Shown: in pieces, positions 10,199 through 20,879 of the stretch
How positions within the stretch are numbered: the stretch's first letter is position 1
Layout of the letters: every line of letters begins with the position of its first letter
DNA from: a virus
Direction: 5' to 3' (one strand)
Length of the DNA stretch: 64,000 nt
IMG/VR virus record: IMGVR_UViG_3300036845_000456
Coordinates: 16,968-80,967 of that record
The notes under the pieces: model-generated
Seen by the model: only the letters and a program-made list of their open reading frames with translations
Told to the model about the DNA's origin: nothing
Database searches by the model: none
Position numbers and translations under genes: made by a program

Positions 10199-13017
10199 TG
10201 CCCTCGCGCACCGAAGAAGTCGTGTTGCGGGTCAGCCTGATTGCTGATGACGAGGCAACGAAAAAGGTTCAGGCGCTCAATCAGCAACTCAGCCAACTTG
10301 GCCAGCCGGCACAGCACGCGGCGCAGGCGGCGACGAAGCAAGTTGGCGAATTCGAAAAAGCGCTCGGCAATCTGGCGCGCAGTGCGCTCGGCGTCACCAG
10401 TTCTTTAGTCGATCTGGCCAAGGTTATCGGGCCGGTCGGGGCCGGGGTGGCGCTGCTCGGCGTCGAGCTTTTCCGCAGCATCGGGCAGGCCAAGGAATGG
10501 GCCCGCGCCGTCGTGGACATGGGCAACGCGGCGCGCATGTCGGGGATGCAGCCGGGCCAGTTTCGCGATCTCGTTCAGCAGTTCCAGCGGGCCGGTGTCA
10601 GCGCGCAAAACGCGATGCAGACGATCGCGCAATTCAATCGCGCGACCGCCGAGCTAACCATGGCCGGCAGCGCGCGGCGTGATTCACTGTTGCGGATGTC
10701 GGGCGCCTATCGCGACCAAATGGCCGATGCCATCATTCGGGTTTCGACATATCGAACGACCTATGAAAAGTTCAACGAGGTTCGGCATCTCGGAGAGAAT
10801 GCCTACAACAACGAACTAGAGAGATCGGGTGACAAAACGCTGGCCCGTGAAAAGCAATTGATGTTGTTGGAGCAGTTTGGCGCATCGTGGCTGATCAACG
10901 TCAACAAAGACTTTACGCAGGCAGACGAGAGGCGTCTTCAGAATGCCGAAAAGGCATCCGAAAAGGCCAGCGAATTGAATGATGCGTTGACGGAGGAAGC
11001 GCAGACCCGCGAGGAAATTTTCAACAAAACATTAGGCTGGACGACTGATCTTGAAATCCGCATTGTCAAATTGGGAACCTTGCTTGAATCAAACATTTTA
11101 GATCGACTGAACCAAGTAACGGACCCGTGGGGTACGCACCAAGGGGCCGGGGCACCCGCGCGACCAGCGCCGCCAGCGCAATCACTGGGTCAACGTTGGC
11201 GAAATGCGTGGGGCATTGGTGGCGGGCATCCGGCCGCGCAATTCCTCGGCGGCGACGCGGCAGATGTGCTGGGCCTTGCTCCGGGCTCGCTCGGCCATGG
11301 TGACATCACGAAAGGCTGGCGGCACTCGGAGAACGTCGAGGATTCGCGCGATGCGCTCCAACAACATGTCGATGACGTCGCAAGGCATGGCACGGCGGTT
11401 GATACCAGCACCAAGGAATTCCACCAACTCAATCAGAACGTCGAACGGCTCATAGACAACGGCGTATTTGGTCCGCCGGTCGCAATGGCTAAGGGCGGCG
11501 TTGTTAGAGGGGCCACGCATGCGCTTGTCGGCGAAGGGGGGCCAGAAGCGGTTATTGGCAGCAAGGGCGGAATGGCCGTCGTTAACAAACCGACACATAT
11601 GGTTCTCGGTGCGGATCAAACACATGCGGTTGTGCCGCTTAAAACGGGCTACGGGACTGCTGCGGTTACGGAAGGCCAAGTGGCGTCTGCCGCAGGCGCG
11701 GCGCCACCACGGCCCCCTGGTGGTCCGGGTGGCGTAATATCGCCCGCAATCCTTCATGAAGCAGCGGCAATCGCCAAGACGGGTAATGAGGGAGCAGTCA
11801 AAGCATATATCCAATCCAAAGGTGTGCATGTTGACGACGCTTGGTGCGGCGACTTCGTTGGCTCGATGATTAAAGCATCCGGCGGCGGTCTGCCCGAGGG
11901 ATATGCGACCGGTTCAAGTTATTTGGCAAGGGGCTATCACGTTGATCCCGAGAACGTTCGACCAGGAGATTATGCAGCCTTCGAGATCGGCACGCACGGC
12001 AAATACAAAGGACTACCTGTACCGCCCGGAGAAGCCGGCGGTCATATCGGTGTTGTTGGTGAGGGCGGCTACAACCCGGAAACCAAACAATTTGAGATGG
12101 TTCAAGCCAATGTCTCGCGGGACTATTGGCGCTCGCCCCAAGGCATTGAATTTCGTCGCCCCTATGATGTTGGATCGGCTGATGCCGCCGCGATCGCCTA
12201 TGGTCATGCGCTGTCTAGTACGCCTATGATGATGGCCGAAGGTGGCACCGTTGTTCCGCAAGGTCACATCCCGCCGCGCTCACTGTTCTCAAAACAACAA
12301 TTCCAAGATTATTTGGAACGCACGCAAGCCTTGTCGAACCCGGTCAGCGATATCGGTGCGGCGATGCAACGCGGCGCTGCCGGCGCGGCTCCGTGGCTCG
12401 GCCCGGTTTCCGATTATCGCGGCGCGGCGACACCAGCCGAGGCGCTGAGTCATGCGACGTCGTCACGTTTATGGAGTGCATTCAGGGCCGTTGGTGGCGC
12501 AGCGGTGTCGCCGATTACGGGTGCTGTCGAAACGACTGTCGGGCGCGCCTACGCGGCACTGACCGGGATGTCGCGCGAACAGGCAAACGAGGCCGCCGGC
12601 ACGGCGGTTTCAGCGGCGCGTGGAATACCCGCGATTAGTGATGTTACGCCGATGACTGGTGCCGCAAGAATGATCATGCAGGGGCTGAAACAAGGCGGGT
12701 CATTGGCGCCGCCGCAATCGCTCAGCGAGCTTGCCGGTGCTGGCGCGCTGCCCGCTGCCACCGGTCCTGCGACGGGCGCGGCAACGTTCACCGGGCGCGA
12801 GGACGATCGACGCGCGCTCGATCGTTCATTTGGTGGCGGTTTTGGCGGCGGCATGACCGAAGGCACGATCACGATCGAGCATCAGGAAACCGGGCGCAGT
12901 GGCCCGCGCAAGGCACCGCTGTTCCGCAAGCCACAGATTGCTCGGCAAACGCAGATGCAGCCCGCCGAGCACGGTCCCGACAATCATTGGTCGAACAGTG
13001 AAGATGTGGTGCACTGA
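10198..13017 (+). CDS. Tape measure-like protein 2 (paralog of the preceding gene) with a CHAP-like domain
   Basis: N-terminal ~280 aa align by eye with TMP1 (shared TEEAQTREEI, KVIGP and WRxSENVED). Has MAKGGVV..LVGEGGPEAV and WCGDFV..RPGDY..GGHIGVV. TGATG coupling to TMP1. Confidence 0.8.
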   Translation: MPSRTEEVVLRVSLIADDEATKKVQALNQQLSQLGQPAQHAAQAATKQVGEFEKALGNLARSALGVTSSLVDLAKVIGPVGAGVALLGVELFRSIGQAKEWARAVVDMGNAARMSGMQPGQFRDLVQQFQRAGVSAQNAMQTIAQFNRATAELTMAGSARRDSLLRMSGAYRDQMADAIIRVSTYRTTYEKFNEVRHLGENAYNNELERSGDKTLAREKQLMLLEQFGASWLINVNKDFTQADERRLQNAEKASEKASELNDALTEEAQTREEIFNKTLGWTTDLEIRIVKLGTLLESNILDRLNQVTDPWGTHQGAGAPARPAPPAQSLGQRWRNAWGIGGGHPAAQFLGGDAADVLGLAPGSLGHGDITKGWRHSENVEDSRDALQQHVDDVARHGTAVDTSTKEFHQLNQNVERLIDNGVFGPPVAMAKGGVVRGATHALVGEGGPEAVIGSKGGMAVVNKPTHMVLGADQTHAVVPLKTGYGTAAVTEGQVASAAGAAPPRPPGGPGGVISPAILHEAAAIAKTGNEGAVKAYIQSKGVHVDDAWCGDFVGSMIKASGGGLPEGYATGSSYLARGYHVDPENVRPGDYAAFEIGTHGKYKGLPVPPGEAGGHIGVVGEGGYNPETKQFEMVQANVSRDYWRSPQGIEFRRPYDVGSADAAAIAYGHALSSTPMMMAEGGTVVPQGHIPPRSLFSKQQFQDYLERTQALSNPVSDIGAAMQRGAAGAAPWLGPVSDYRGAATPAEALSHATSSRLWSAFRAVGGAAVSPITGAVETTVGRAYAALTGMSREQANEAAGTAVSAARGIPAISDVTPMTGAARMIMQGLKQGGSLAPPQSLSELAGAGALPAATGPATGAATFTGREDDRRALDRSFGGGFGGGMTEGTITIEHQETGRSGPRKAPLFRKPQIARQTQMQPAEHGPDNHWSNSEDVVH

Positions 13018-13020
13018 GCC

Positions 13021-13605
13021 ATGGCCTCGATCTTCGCCGTCAGCACCAAATATCATAAGCAATTCATCGGCAATCCATGGCGCGATGATCTCGTGCCAGC
13101 GTCGTTTCGCGGCGCCGAGTTTCATTGCGAAGCAAACAGTTTGGAGAGTGGCCGCCGCTTAGTGCAGCACGAATTTCCCAAGCGTGATATCAACTATTGC
13201 GAGGACATGGGACACAAAGCCATTAGCTGGACGGTGCGTGGCTATTTGATTGTCTATCCGGTGGACGTGACCGGGTCCGATCTTTATCAGCGCGACTACC
13301 GCACCCCGCGCGATGCGCTCTATCGGGTGCTGGCGGACGGCCAAGCTGGCGTTTTGCAGACGCCGACATATCCGCCGATCAGCGTATGGTGTCAGCGTTT
13401 TCGCTTTACTGAGGAAGAAAAGCTTGGCGGCTACTGCACGGTCGATATGACGTTCTTCGAGGCGGGCACCGAAACCTACGCGCTGCAAGACACGCGCACC
13501 GCGCTGATCAACACATCGACTGACTTACGCGACCGCGTAGTGACGCAGTTGATCGGCGTTCAGACGGGTGTCGCCACGCCGATAGCGCTAGTGCCGGGAT
13601 CATAA
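13021..13605 (+). CDS. DNA circularization protein, N-terminal domain (Mu gpN-like)
   Basis: WRDDLVPASFRGAEF, GRRLVQHEFPKRD..EDMG and F.EAG motifs. Confidence 0.9.
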   Translation: MASIFAVSTKYHKQFIGNPWRDDLVPASFRGAEFHCEANSLESGRRLVQHEFPKRDINYCEDMGHKAISWTVRGYLIVYPVDVTGSDLYQRDYRTPRDALYRVLADGQAGVLQTPTYPPISVWCQRFRFTEEEKLGGYCTVDMTFFEAGTETYALQDTRTALINTSTDLRDRVVTQLIGVQTGVATPIALVPGS

Positions 13606-13609
13606 ACAA

Positions 13610-14278
13610 ATGGACAAGGTTGACGCGCAAGAGGCCAGCGGCATCGTGATCCGCATGATGACGCAGCTTGCGGCGACCGTGCCGGCGAGCGGTGTCAGCG
13701 GCGCCAGCGCCAGGGCGGCGATCGGCGACGTCACCGCCAACGCCTATATCTGGCTGCGCAACGATACGCTCGGGCCGCCGCTCAACAACGTGTTCCTGCT
13801 CGCGGTGCAGAACGGCTGTACCTATCAGCAAATGGAGATCGTGCGCGCCTCGATCGTCGCCGAAGCACCGCAGACGCTGGGCGCCGTGCTGGTGCAGAAT
13901 TGCGGCATCGAGCTATGCCTCGCCAGCGAAGGTGAGATCATCGCCAATACGGCGTTCGTCAGTCGGCAAGACGTGCAGATGATGAAGGAATCGATTCAGC
14001 AGCCGTTTCAGGATTCGATCGAGATTGCTGCCGATGACATGGATCAAGAGACGTTCGCCGATATAAGCGCGCTCTACGCGGCGGTGACCAACCATCTTGT
14101 GGTGACCGCGCGGCCGTTGCCGCAGTTGCTGAATTATCGGTTCAATCAAGTGCTGCCGACGCTGGTGATTGCGCAGCGGCTGTATGCCGATGCCAGCCGT
14201 GCCGACGAGATCAGGGCGGAAAATAAAATCGTCCATCCTTTGTTCGCGCCTGTCGAAGGCGTGGCGTTATCCGCGTGA
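13610..14278 (+). CDS. DNA circularization protein, C-terminal-like part (LysM-like end)
   Basis: LPTLVIAQRLYADASRADEIRAENKIVHPLFAP resembles the C-terminus of Mu gpN homologs. Confidence 0.75.
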   Translation: MDKVDAQEASGIVIRMMTQLAATVPASGVSGASARAAIGDVTANAYIWLRNDTLGPPLNNVFLLAVQNGCTYQQMEIVRASIVAEAPQTLGAVLVQNCGIELCLASEGEIIANTAFVSRQDVQMMKESIQQPFQDSIEIAADDMDQETFADISALYAAVTNHLVVTARPLPQLLNYRFNQVLPTLVIAQRLYADASRADEIRAENKIVHPLFAPVEGVALSA

Positions 14279-14284
14279 ACTCAC

Positions 14285-15559
14285 ATGCCGCCAACTCAGT
14301 TCAAGCCGTCGGAAATCGCCACGCTTAATGTCAACGGCATTAACTATCGAGAATGGGAAACGGTGTGGGCGCAAGAGCGCTGGAACGAATCGTTTTCGTT
14401 TTTTCGTTTCACCACGGCCGAGCGCAAGCCGATCCCGCTCAGCGCGGCGATTACCTTGGCCGACATACAGGCAGGCATATTCGGGACGCAGCCGATTCCA
14501 GATATCCCGGTCTATGTCTGTGACAAGCTCGTACTGACGCTAGGCGGTTCGCCTGCGATCGCTGGCTACGTCACGCAGCGCCAAGTCGCCTACGACAAAG
14601 AGCGCCATCAGGTATTGCTGATCGGCAAGTCGGCAACGTTCTGGCCGTTCAAGTCGCACATCAAGACCGAACAGGCCAAAATGGACGGCTTCGACATCAT
14701 GAAGGTCGCCAATACGCTGATCGGCCCGCTCGGGGTGACAGTGCGGGCCGTTGGCGCTCCTGACTCGCGACCATTCGATAAATTGCAGGCGCCGCCGGGC
14801 GGAAACATTTGGGAGTTTTTGGAAAAGCTGGCGCGTCAACGCTCGGCGATTCTCGGCTCCAATGCGGCGGGCGAAGCGTTGCTGATCTTCGATCATACTT
14901 GGGGCTCGGCGGTCGATACCTTGGCCGAAGGCGTCAACATCAAAAAGATGCAGGCGGTCATTTCGATCGAGGACCAGTGGGGCGATATCGAAGTGCTCGG
15001 TCAGACGTCCGGCGACGACCAGAAAAATGGTCCCGACGCCAATGAAATGGTGGCCCATGCCAGCGGTCAAAGCTGTATCGCGGCCAATTGCGTCATCCCG
15101 GTCGAGGAACCGGTTCGCGGCCAGGATGAACTTCAGACGCGCGCCGACTTCGAAGCCAAGTGGACGGATGGCACGAAGAAAACAGCGTTGATCACGGTGT
15201 ATGGATGGTTCAGCGCATACGGGCTTTGGCATGCTGGCCAGAATGTTGCTGTGTATTCGCCGAGCGTTCCGTTGAATGAAGTGATGAAAATCAAAACCTG
15301 CACCTGGACGCAGGACAGCGAGAACGGCACCGAAACCGTGCTCGAATGCGTGAACCCGGCCGCACTCAACGACGACACGCAAATCAACGTCGGCAATCCG
15401 CTTTCGACGGCCGATCCCGCGCCAGCGAATATCAAGAACGTTAAGTACAACATAACCGATATTCGCGCGGCGATAATCGGCGCGAGCGGCAGCGACATTT
15501 TCCTGAAGCAAGCGCTGGCGCCGAAAGACTTACCAGAAACACCGATCCCAATGCCGTGA
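14285..15559 (+). CDS. Baseplate hub protein (Mu gpP/gp44-like)
   Basis: LNVNG..WE.V, FLEKLARQR, L.EGVNI, GLWHAGQ and GTETVLE motifs. Confidence 0.9.
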   Translation: MPPTQFKPSEIATLNVNGINYREWETVWAQERWNESFSFFRFTTAERKPIPLSAAITLADIQAGIFGTQPIPDIPVYVCDKLVLTLGGSPAIAGYVTQRQVAYDKERHQVLLIGKSATFWPFKSHIKTEQAKMDGFDIMKVANTLIGPLGVTVRAVGAPDSRPFDKLQAPPGGNIWEFLEKLARQRSAILGSNAAGEALLIFDHTWGSAVDTLAEGVNIKKMQAVISIEDQWGDIEVLGQTSGDDQKNGPDANEMVAHASGQSCIAANCVIPVEEPVRGQDELQTRADFEAKWTDGTKKTALITVYGWFSAYGLWHAGQNVAVYSPSVPLNEVMKIKTCTWTQDSENGTETVLECVNPAALNDDTQINVGNPLSTADPAPANIKNVKYNITDIRAAIIGASGSDIFLKQALAPKDLPETPIPMP

Positions 15560-15568
15560 GGTAGAACC

Positions 15569-16480
15569 ATGGTGCATCGCGCAACAGGCCAAGCCACATC
15601 ATTTCGCGGCTACATCGGCGGGGGCGCCCGCTCAAGCGTCGATACAATCAACGACACCACGCTCATGCAGAGCATGGCGGGCAACTTCATGAATGGCGAG
15701 TCGCGCGAGGGGATCGAGGCACCGCAGAACTACGGCTCAAGCTCGATTTGTCTACCGGCAGTCAAGGATATCTTGGGCAAAATCCAGCAATGCGCGGAAG
15801 TCGTGCAGAACTTCATCGGTGGTAGCCGCTCGTATCCAATCGCCGGTAACATGGATGATCGTCGCCACCGTCTCATGGGGCTTGACCCTGGCGACAACTC
15901 GATGTTCTCGACACAGGGCCGGAAGCAACAAATCCAGATGGCTGTGGAAGGAATATTCCACAGCCTGCCGATGGATAAGACCATGCGTATGGCGCTGCTC
16001 GATGAGCAGACCGAGCAGGATATGAGCAGCAAGAGCTATCAGAATCAGCAGACGGCGCAGCAAGCTGGCGGGCGCGCGCATGAAGCGGCGCGGGAGGCGT
16101 TGCGTTTCGGCATTATCAAGGACCTGATGCAGCCGCTGGTCAAGCCGAGGCGCGGAGTGCCGACTCTGTATGACCCCGGCGGCACCGGCAGCGCCACGGA
16201 GGGGACCAACGCCTTCGGCAGCTACGGCGGCGGCAACCGCATGGGGCAGAAATCGCTGAAGGACAAAAATCAGCAGTCCAAGCGCTTCATGCATCTGACT
16301 CAGGATGAAGCGGCTTCGAGCGGCACCAACGTTCGGCACTATTTGGATGACGGCAACGGCTACTATGAAGTCAACACGGACAAGAATGTTTATGTGGGTG
16401 CGTTGAAGGGCAAGGGCAGCTTCGCAAAAATCGTCACGCTCAAGGGCCCGATGAAAAACGGCTTGGGCAAGATTGGCTGA
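15569..16480 (+). CDS. Baseplate spike (Mu gp45/gpV-like)
   Basis: E.PQNYG, GGSRS and DDRRHRLMGLDPGD motifs. Confidence 0.85.
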   Translation: MVHRATGQATSFRGYIGGGARSSVDTINDTTLMQSMAGNFMNGESREGIEAPQNYGSSSICLPAVKDILGKIQQCAEVVQNFIGGSRSYPIAGNMDDRRHRLMGLDPGDNSMFSTQGRKQQIQMAVEGIFHSLPMDKTMRMALLDEQTEQDMSSKSYQNQQTAQQAGGRAHEAAREALRFGIIKDLMQPLVKPRRGVPTLYDPGGTGSATEGTNAFGSYGGGNRMGQKSLKDKNQQSKRFMHLTQDEAASSGTNVRHYLDDGNGYYEVNTDKNVYVGALKGKGSFAKIVTLKGPMKNGLGKIG

Positions 16481-16486
16481 TCGCCC

Positions 16487-17047
16487 ATGCCGCCAGTTCC
16501 CGCAAGACGCTGGGATGTGCCGGCGCCGAGCCCGTGCCCGGACATCCGGCTTGTCCAGAATCTCTACTTTCCGAAATACTCGGTCACGCTGGATTGGCGG
16601 TTGCTGGATGACGGTCGGCTTGACGATACGCAAGCGCTCGCCACCGCACTGTGCGTCGCGCTCGGCACCGACGGGCTCGCTTCGACCGACGATCAGCTTC
16701 CTGATCCTGACTCCAGCGACCGCGAGGGTTGGTGGGGCGACTTCGATGCTGGTCCGATCTGGAACGGCTGGCCGATCGGCTCGAAGCTGTGGTTGATGCG
16801 GCGCGCGGCGATCGAAAGCCCGAACGCCTTGCGCGGGGCGACCGTCGCGCGGATCAAGCATTACATCTTCGCCTGCGTGCAGCCGTTCGTGGATAACCGT
16901 ATCGCCACGACCTACACGGTGAACGTCGTGCGCGCCGATGTGCAACGAATCGATGCTTTGATTGTCGTCTATCGCGGCAACACGCCAGCCGTCGAGTTGC
17001 GCTACGCGATTCTGTGGGACGAATTCGTCAGCACCGCCTCCCGGTAA
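16487..17047 (+). CDS. Baseplate wedge protein (Mu gp46-like)
   Basis: DREGWWGD..IGSKLWL motif. Confidence 0.9.
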   Translation: MPPVPARRWDVPAPSPCPDIRLVQNLYFPKYSVTLDWRLLDDGRLDDTQALATALCVALGTDGLASTDDQLPDPDSSDREGWWGDFDAGPIWNGWPIGSKLWLMRRAAIESPNALRGATVARIKHYIFACVQPFVDNRIATTYTVNVVRADVQRIDALIVVYRGNTPAVELRYAILWDEFVSTASR

Positions 17048-17055
17048 ACAATCCC

Positions 17056-18132
17056 ATGCCCTGGTCAACGCCGACTTTGCGCCAAGTGCGCAGCCTTGTG
17101 CGCGACAACGTCAACGCCATTCTCCCAGGCGCGGACGCGGCCGTGCCGAACAGCGTTTTGCGCGTCGTGTCTGATGTGACCGGCGCGACCTGTCATCTCA
17201 CGCTGCAATATGTTGATTGGTTAGCTTTGCAGTTGCTGCCAGACACCGCCGAATCAATTTGGTTGGACCGGCACGCCAACATATGGCTGGTGAATGACGA
17301 CGGCTCGATCGGCCGTAAGGTGGCGACGCTGGCCAGTGGCATCGTCAACATGAGCGGCAATATTTGGGCCGTCATTCCAGCCGGAACATCGCTGAACGTC
17401 GGTTCAGTTTACTACGAGACAACGCAGCAAGTGACGGTGACATCAGGCTCGGCGCCTGTGCCTGTCCCGACGCGCGCGATTGATCCTGGCGCCGCTGGCA
17501 ATCTCGATCCCGGCGCGACAATGGGCGTGAATGCGGCGGTTGGCATTGATCCGACCGCGACCGTCGTGACGATGCAGGGAGGCACCGACACCGAGACGGA
17601 CGAGGAATTACGTTCGCGGGTGTTACTGCGGATTCGCGAGCCACCAATGGGTGGCGATGCGACCGACTACGTTGAATGGGCGCTCGCGGTCCCTGGCGTA
17701 ACGCGCGCATGGCCGTTCCCGCAAGAGATGGGCATCGGCACGATGACCTTGCGCTTCATGATGGACGACTTGCGCGCGGGCAATGGCGGGTTTCCATTGC
17801 CGGACGATGTCGATGCGGTCGCCGCCTACATCAACAAGGTACGGCCGGTCACCGTCAAAGACATGTTTGTCGTCTGCCCAATCCCCTATCCGGTCAACGC
17901 GCGCATCGCGTATCTGGATGCCGATAATCATGCGGTGCATGACGCCATCGTCACCAGCTTGTTGAACCAATTCCTGGTGCGCTCGAAGCCTGGGCAGACG
18001 TGGTATCGCGCGTGGCTCGATGAAGCCATCATGAGCGCGCCCGGCGTCAACGCGTATGATCTGATCGCCAGCGATGTTGCGATGCCAAGCAGCGGCTACA
18101 TGCCCGTGCTGGGCGACGTGACTTATGGATAA
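17056..18132 (+). CDS. Baseplate J-like protein (Mu gp47)
   Basis: GGTDTETDEELRSRVL..PPMGGDATDYVEWALAVPGVTRAW. Confidence 0.95.
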   Translation: MPWSTPTLRQVRSLVRDNVNAILPGADAAVPNSVLRVVSDVTGATCHLTLQYVDWLALQLLPDTAESIWLDRHANIWLVNDDGSIGRKVATLASGIVNMSGNIWAVIPAGTSLNVGSVYYETTQQVTVTSGSAPVPVPTRAIDPGAAGNLDPGATMGVNAAVGIDPTATVVTMQGGTDTETDEELRSRVLLRIREPPMGGDATDYVEWALAVPGVTRAWPFPQEMGIGTMTLRFMMDDLRAGNGGFPLPDDVDAVAAYINKVRPVTVKDMFVVCPIPYPVNARIAYLDADNHAVHDAIVTSLLNQFLVRSKPGQTWYRAWLDEAIMSAPGVNAYDLIASDVAMPSSGYMPVLGDVTYG

Positions 18133-18135
18133 ATC

Positions 18136-18858
18136 ATGGCCGACCAACATGTGCGGCGCAGTGGCGACGATTACGCTCAAGGCATGCTTGAGCTACTGCC
18201 GCATGGTCAGGCATGGCCGCGCTCGCCCGATAGCACGCTCGTCAACGTCGTTGAAGGACTCGCTCAATATTGGGGATTTGTCGATGGCCGGGCCGCCGAC
18301 TTGTTGGAGACTGAATCCGATCCGCGCAAAACGATCGAGCTATTGCCGGATTGGGAGCGTGCCTGGGGCCTGCCTGATCCGTGCCTGATTAATCCGCCGC
18401 GCGACCTGACCAGCCGCCACAAGGCGCTGGTCGCCAAGATAACGTTGCTGGGCTCGCAATCGCGGGCGTTCTACATCGGCGTTGCGGCGGCGCTCGGCTA
18501 TCTGATCACGATCACCGAATATTCGCCGTACATGTGCGGCGTGTCGCGCTGCGGCAATCGCAGCAAGATTTTCAATCCCGACGATCCGACGCGGATGTTC
18601 TGGCAATTGGGCAAGCCGGAAATCCGCTATTACTGGACCGTGCATGTCGCGGCGGTGAAGCTGGTCAAGTTCCGCGTGGCGTCGAGTCAGACTGGCATCA
18701 ATCGATTGCTGGAAATCTACGGGCCCTATGATCTGGAATGCATCTTGAACAGATGGAAGCCGGCGCACACCGAAATCGTGTGGGACTTCTCGCCGTTGTG
18801 GGCGCTGGACTATACGAATCCATTCAATACGCAGTATCTGCCGATGGGGATACCCTAA
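18136..18858 (+). CDS. DUF2313/YmfQ baseplate protein (Mu gp48-like)
   Basis: LLPHGQAWP, ELLPDWERAWGLPDPC and KPAHT motifs. Confidence 0.9.
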   Translation: MADQHVRRSGDDYAQGMLELLPHGQAWPRSPDSTLVNVVEGLAQYWGFVDGRAADLLETESDPRKTIELLPDWERAWGLPDPCLINPPRDLTSRHKALVAKITLLGSQSRAFYIGVAAALGYLITITEYSPYMCGVSRCGNRSKIFNPDDPTRMFWQLGKPEIRYYWTVHVAAVKLVKFRVASSQTGINRLLEIYGPYDLECILNRWKPAHTEIVWDFSPLWALDYTNPFNTQYLPMGIP

Positions 18859-19548
18859 ATGGCCGACAACAAACAAATCAAGGACGGGCTGGGCAATCTG
18901 TTCTATCTGCGCAGCCGCGACGTGTCAGCCGGCCAGGATGGCACCTTGCAGCGGTCGCTGTTCTTGGCCACGCCGTATGCGCTCGACTACAAGCCGGGCG
19001 GCATCTTTCAGCGCTGCGATACGAGCGGGGCGTTCCTGTCCGGCCTGGGCAGCTTGAGCCCGGTCTATTCGTTCCAGTGGACGGCCACGACCTTGGTCGC
19101 CGCGATCACGCGCCTGCGCTTCCAGGTTTGGTCGGGGGGCACGGCCTTCGCATCAACGGCGATCGGCACTTTCAATATGATCACAGCGCGAGGGTTTACG
19201 AGTCCTGATTCCGGCGGCACGGAAGATTACTTTGGCGACGGCAGCAATCGGCTGCGGGCGGATATGACGAATGCCGTGGCGGCGATCATGATCGCCAACA
19301 ATTCTGCGCTCACGCCCGGCACGCGCACCTTGGATTCGGCGCCGCTCGACCAACGCAGCTTCATGATCCCGACCACGGCCAACACGATGTTCAGCCCGGC
19401 GCCGATAACTCTGTTTGAGAAGTTGAACGGGGAGCATCCGTTGATCCTTCAGGCCAACGAGGGGTTCGTCGTCAGAGCGCAAGTTCCTGGCAGCGGGTCA
19501 TGGAGCTTCGCCATTACGCTCGAATGGGCGGGCATCCCGAATTACTGA
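18859..19548 (+). CDS. Hypothetical tail/baseplate-associated protein
   Basis: 229 aa ORF abutting the gp48 homolog. Confidence 0.55.
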   Translation: MADNKQIKDGLGNLFYLRSRDVSAGQDGTLQRSLFLATPYALDYKPGGIFQRCDTSGAFLSGLGSLSPVYSFQWTATTLVAAITRLRFQVWSGGTAFASTAIGTFNMITARGFTSPDSGGTEDYFGDGSNRLRADMTNAVAAIMIANNSALTPGTRTLDSAPLDQRSFMIPTTANTMFSPAPITLFEKLNGEHPLILQANEGFVVRAQVPGSGSWSFAITLEWAGIPNY

Positions 19549-19561
19549 GGGGAGATAACCA

Positions 19562-20869
19562 GTGCTCTACAATCAACCTTTTGATCAGCCTGCCAATCCC
19601 AATGCGCCATACGTCGATGGCGATCCCGACGCCGGGATCGAAGGCTCGATCGTGCCCGCAGGCGGTGTTGAGTTTGATCAACGCGAAGTGGTTGAAGTCA
19701 TCAACGCGGCTTACACGCGCCATTACAGCGACTTCAGCAACACGGCGTGTGCGGCGCCGAGCAACGGCGACCTGACACAGCTACGCAAAGCGATCGAAGG
19801 CTTCATCCGTACTACGCCGATTCCGCAATGGTACATCGACAACGTGGTGAACTATCAGGTGCACGGCACGGGCGCCAAGTATTTTGACTTGAACGTCGCG
19901 TTCGAGGACTTATCCAAGTTTATCATCACGCACAACGGGTTCGTAACGTTGGCATGCGCGGCCGGCAAGTGGACCTATGGTGCGGTCGGAGTGTCGCTCG
20001 ACCATCCGAACGGCAATCGCATCACTGTCGCGGGCGCCGCCATGTTGTCGCTGCCAGTGTCCACCGACTTCACTGTGACCGGCTATGACGCCACGTCGCG
20101 AGCGAATGATCGCAACAATAACCTCACCAGATTGCGGACGCGCTTCGCCACCGAATTCGATTTTAGTTCGGGGCAGGGTGTTTACGCCTCGTGCGTCGGC
20201 ATGGCGTTCAAAAACATCTTGATCGTTGGGGACCGCTCCGCGAAGGGCGGGTTTGGTGTGCTGCAAGGGCAACTGAACGTGGCCAATGTGTCGGTGTGGG
20301 GAGGCTATGTTGGCGTCGGCGGCGGTTTGTTGTCGCTCACGGATGGCAGCTTTTTCTCCGGGACTGGCAGCACTGGCCACGGCATCGGCCTCGCCAGCGG
20401 CGGCAACATGTGGCACGGCGTAAATACTCAGGTTTGGACCACGTCCAACGACAACAACGGAGTCGGGGCTGGCTTTGACTGCGGCGCCAATGGTTACGCG
20501 CAGTTCTTCGCCGAAGGCAATGCTTGGTCCGGGTTGATGTGCAGCATCATCGGTCAGTATCAGGTGGGGTCAAACTCGAAGTTCAGCTATAATGCGCAGC
20601 AAGGCGTGTTTTTAGATCAGGGCAGCTTCTACGCCGACAATTCTACGGGGGCCGCACAGTTCGTGAACAACGGTGGCCCGGCTGGCCTGTACGTGACAGT
20701 TCAATCGTCAGCCCAATGCCCCGGTGCGCAGTTCTCAGGCAATGGCGGTCCCAGTGTAACAGCGGGTTATGGCAGCATCATTAATGCGCCGGGGGCAGCG
20801 GGTGTCATTGGTACTTGCTCACCAGCGGCGAATGTGCTGAGCGCCGACGGGTCATACATCTTGGTATGA
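19562..20869 (+). CDS. Tail fiber/spike protein
   Basis: GSIVPA..QRE..DLTQLRKAI N-terminal fiber anchor; Gly/Asn-rich beta-helix-like C-terminus. Confidence 0.75.
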   Translation: MLYNQPFDQPANPNAPYVDGDPDAGIEGSIVPAGGVEFDQREVVEVINAAYTRHYSDFSNTACAAPSNGDLTQLRKAIEGFIRTTPIPQWYIDNVVNYQVHGTGAKYFDLNVAFEDLSKFIITHNGFVTLACAAGKWTYGAVGVSLDHPNGNRITVAGAAMLSLPVSTDFTVTGYDATSRANDRNNNLTRLRTRFATEFDFSSGQGVYASCVGMAFKNILIVGDRSAKGGFGVLQGQLNVANVSVWGGYVGVGGGLLSLTDGSFFSGTGSTGHGIGLASGGNMWHGVNTQVWTTSNDNNGVGAGFDCGANGYAQFFAEGNAWSGLMCSIIGQYQVGSNSKFSYNAQQGVFLDQGSFYADNSTGAAQFVNNGGPAGLYVTVQSSAQCPGAQFSGNGGPSVTAGYGSIINAPGAAGVIGTCSPAANVLSADGSYILV

Positions 20870-20879
20870 GGATCAACAA

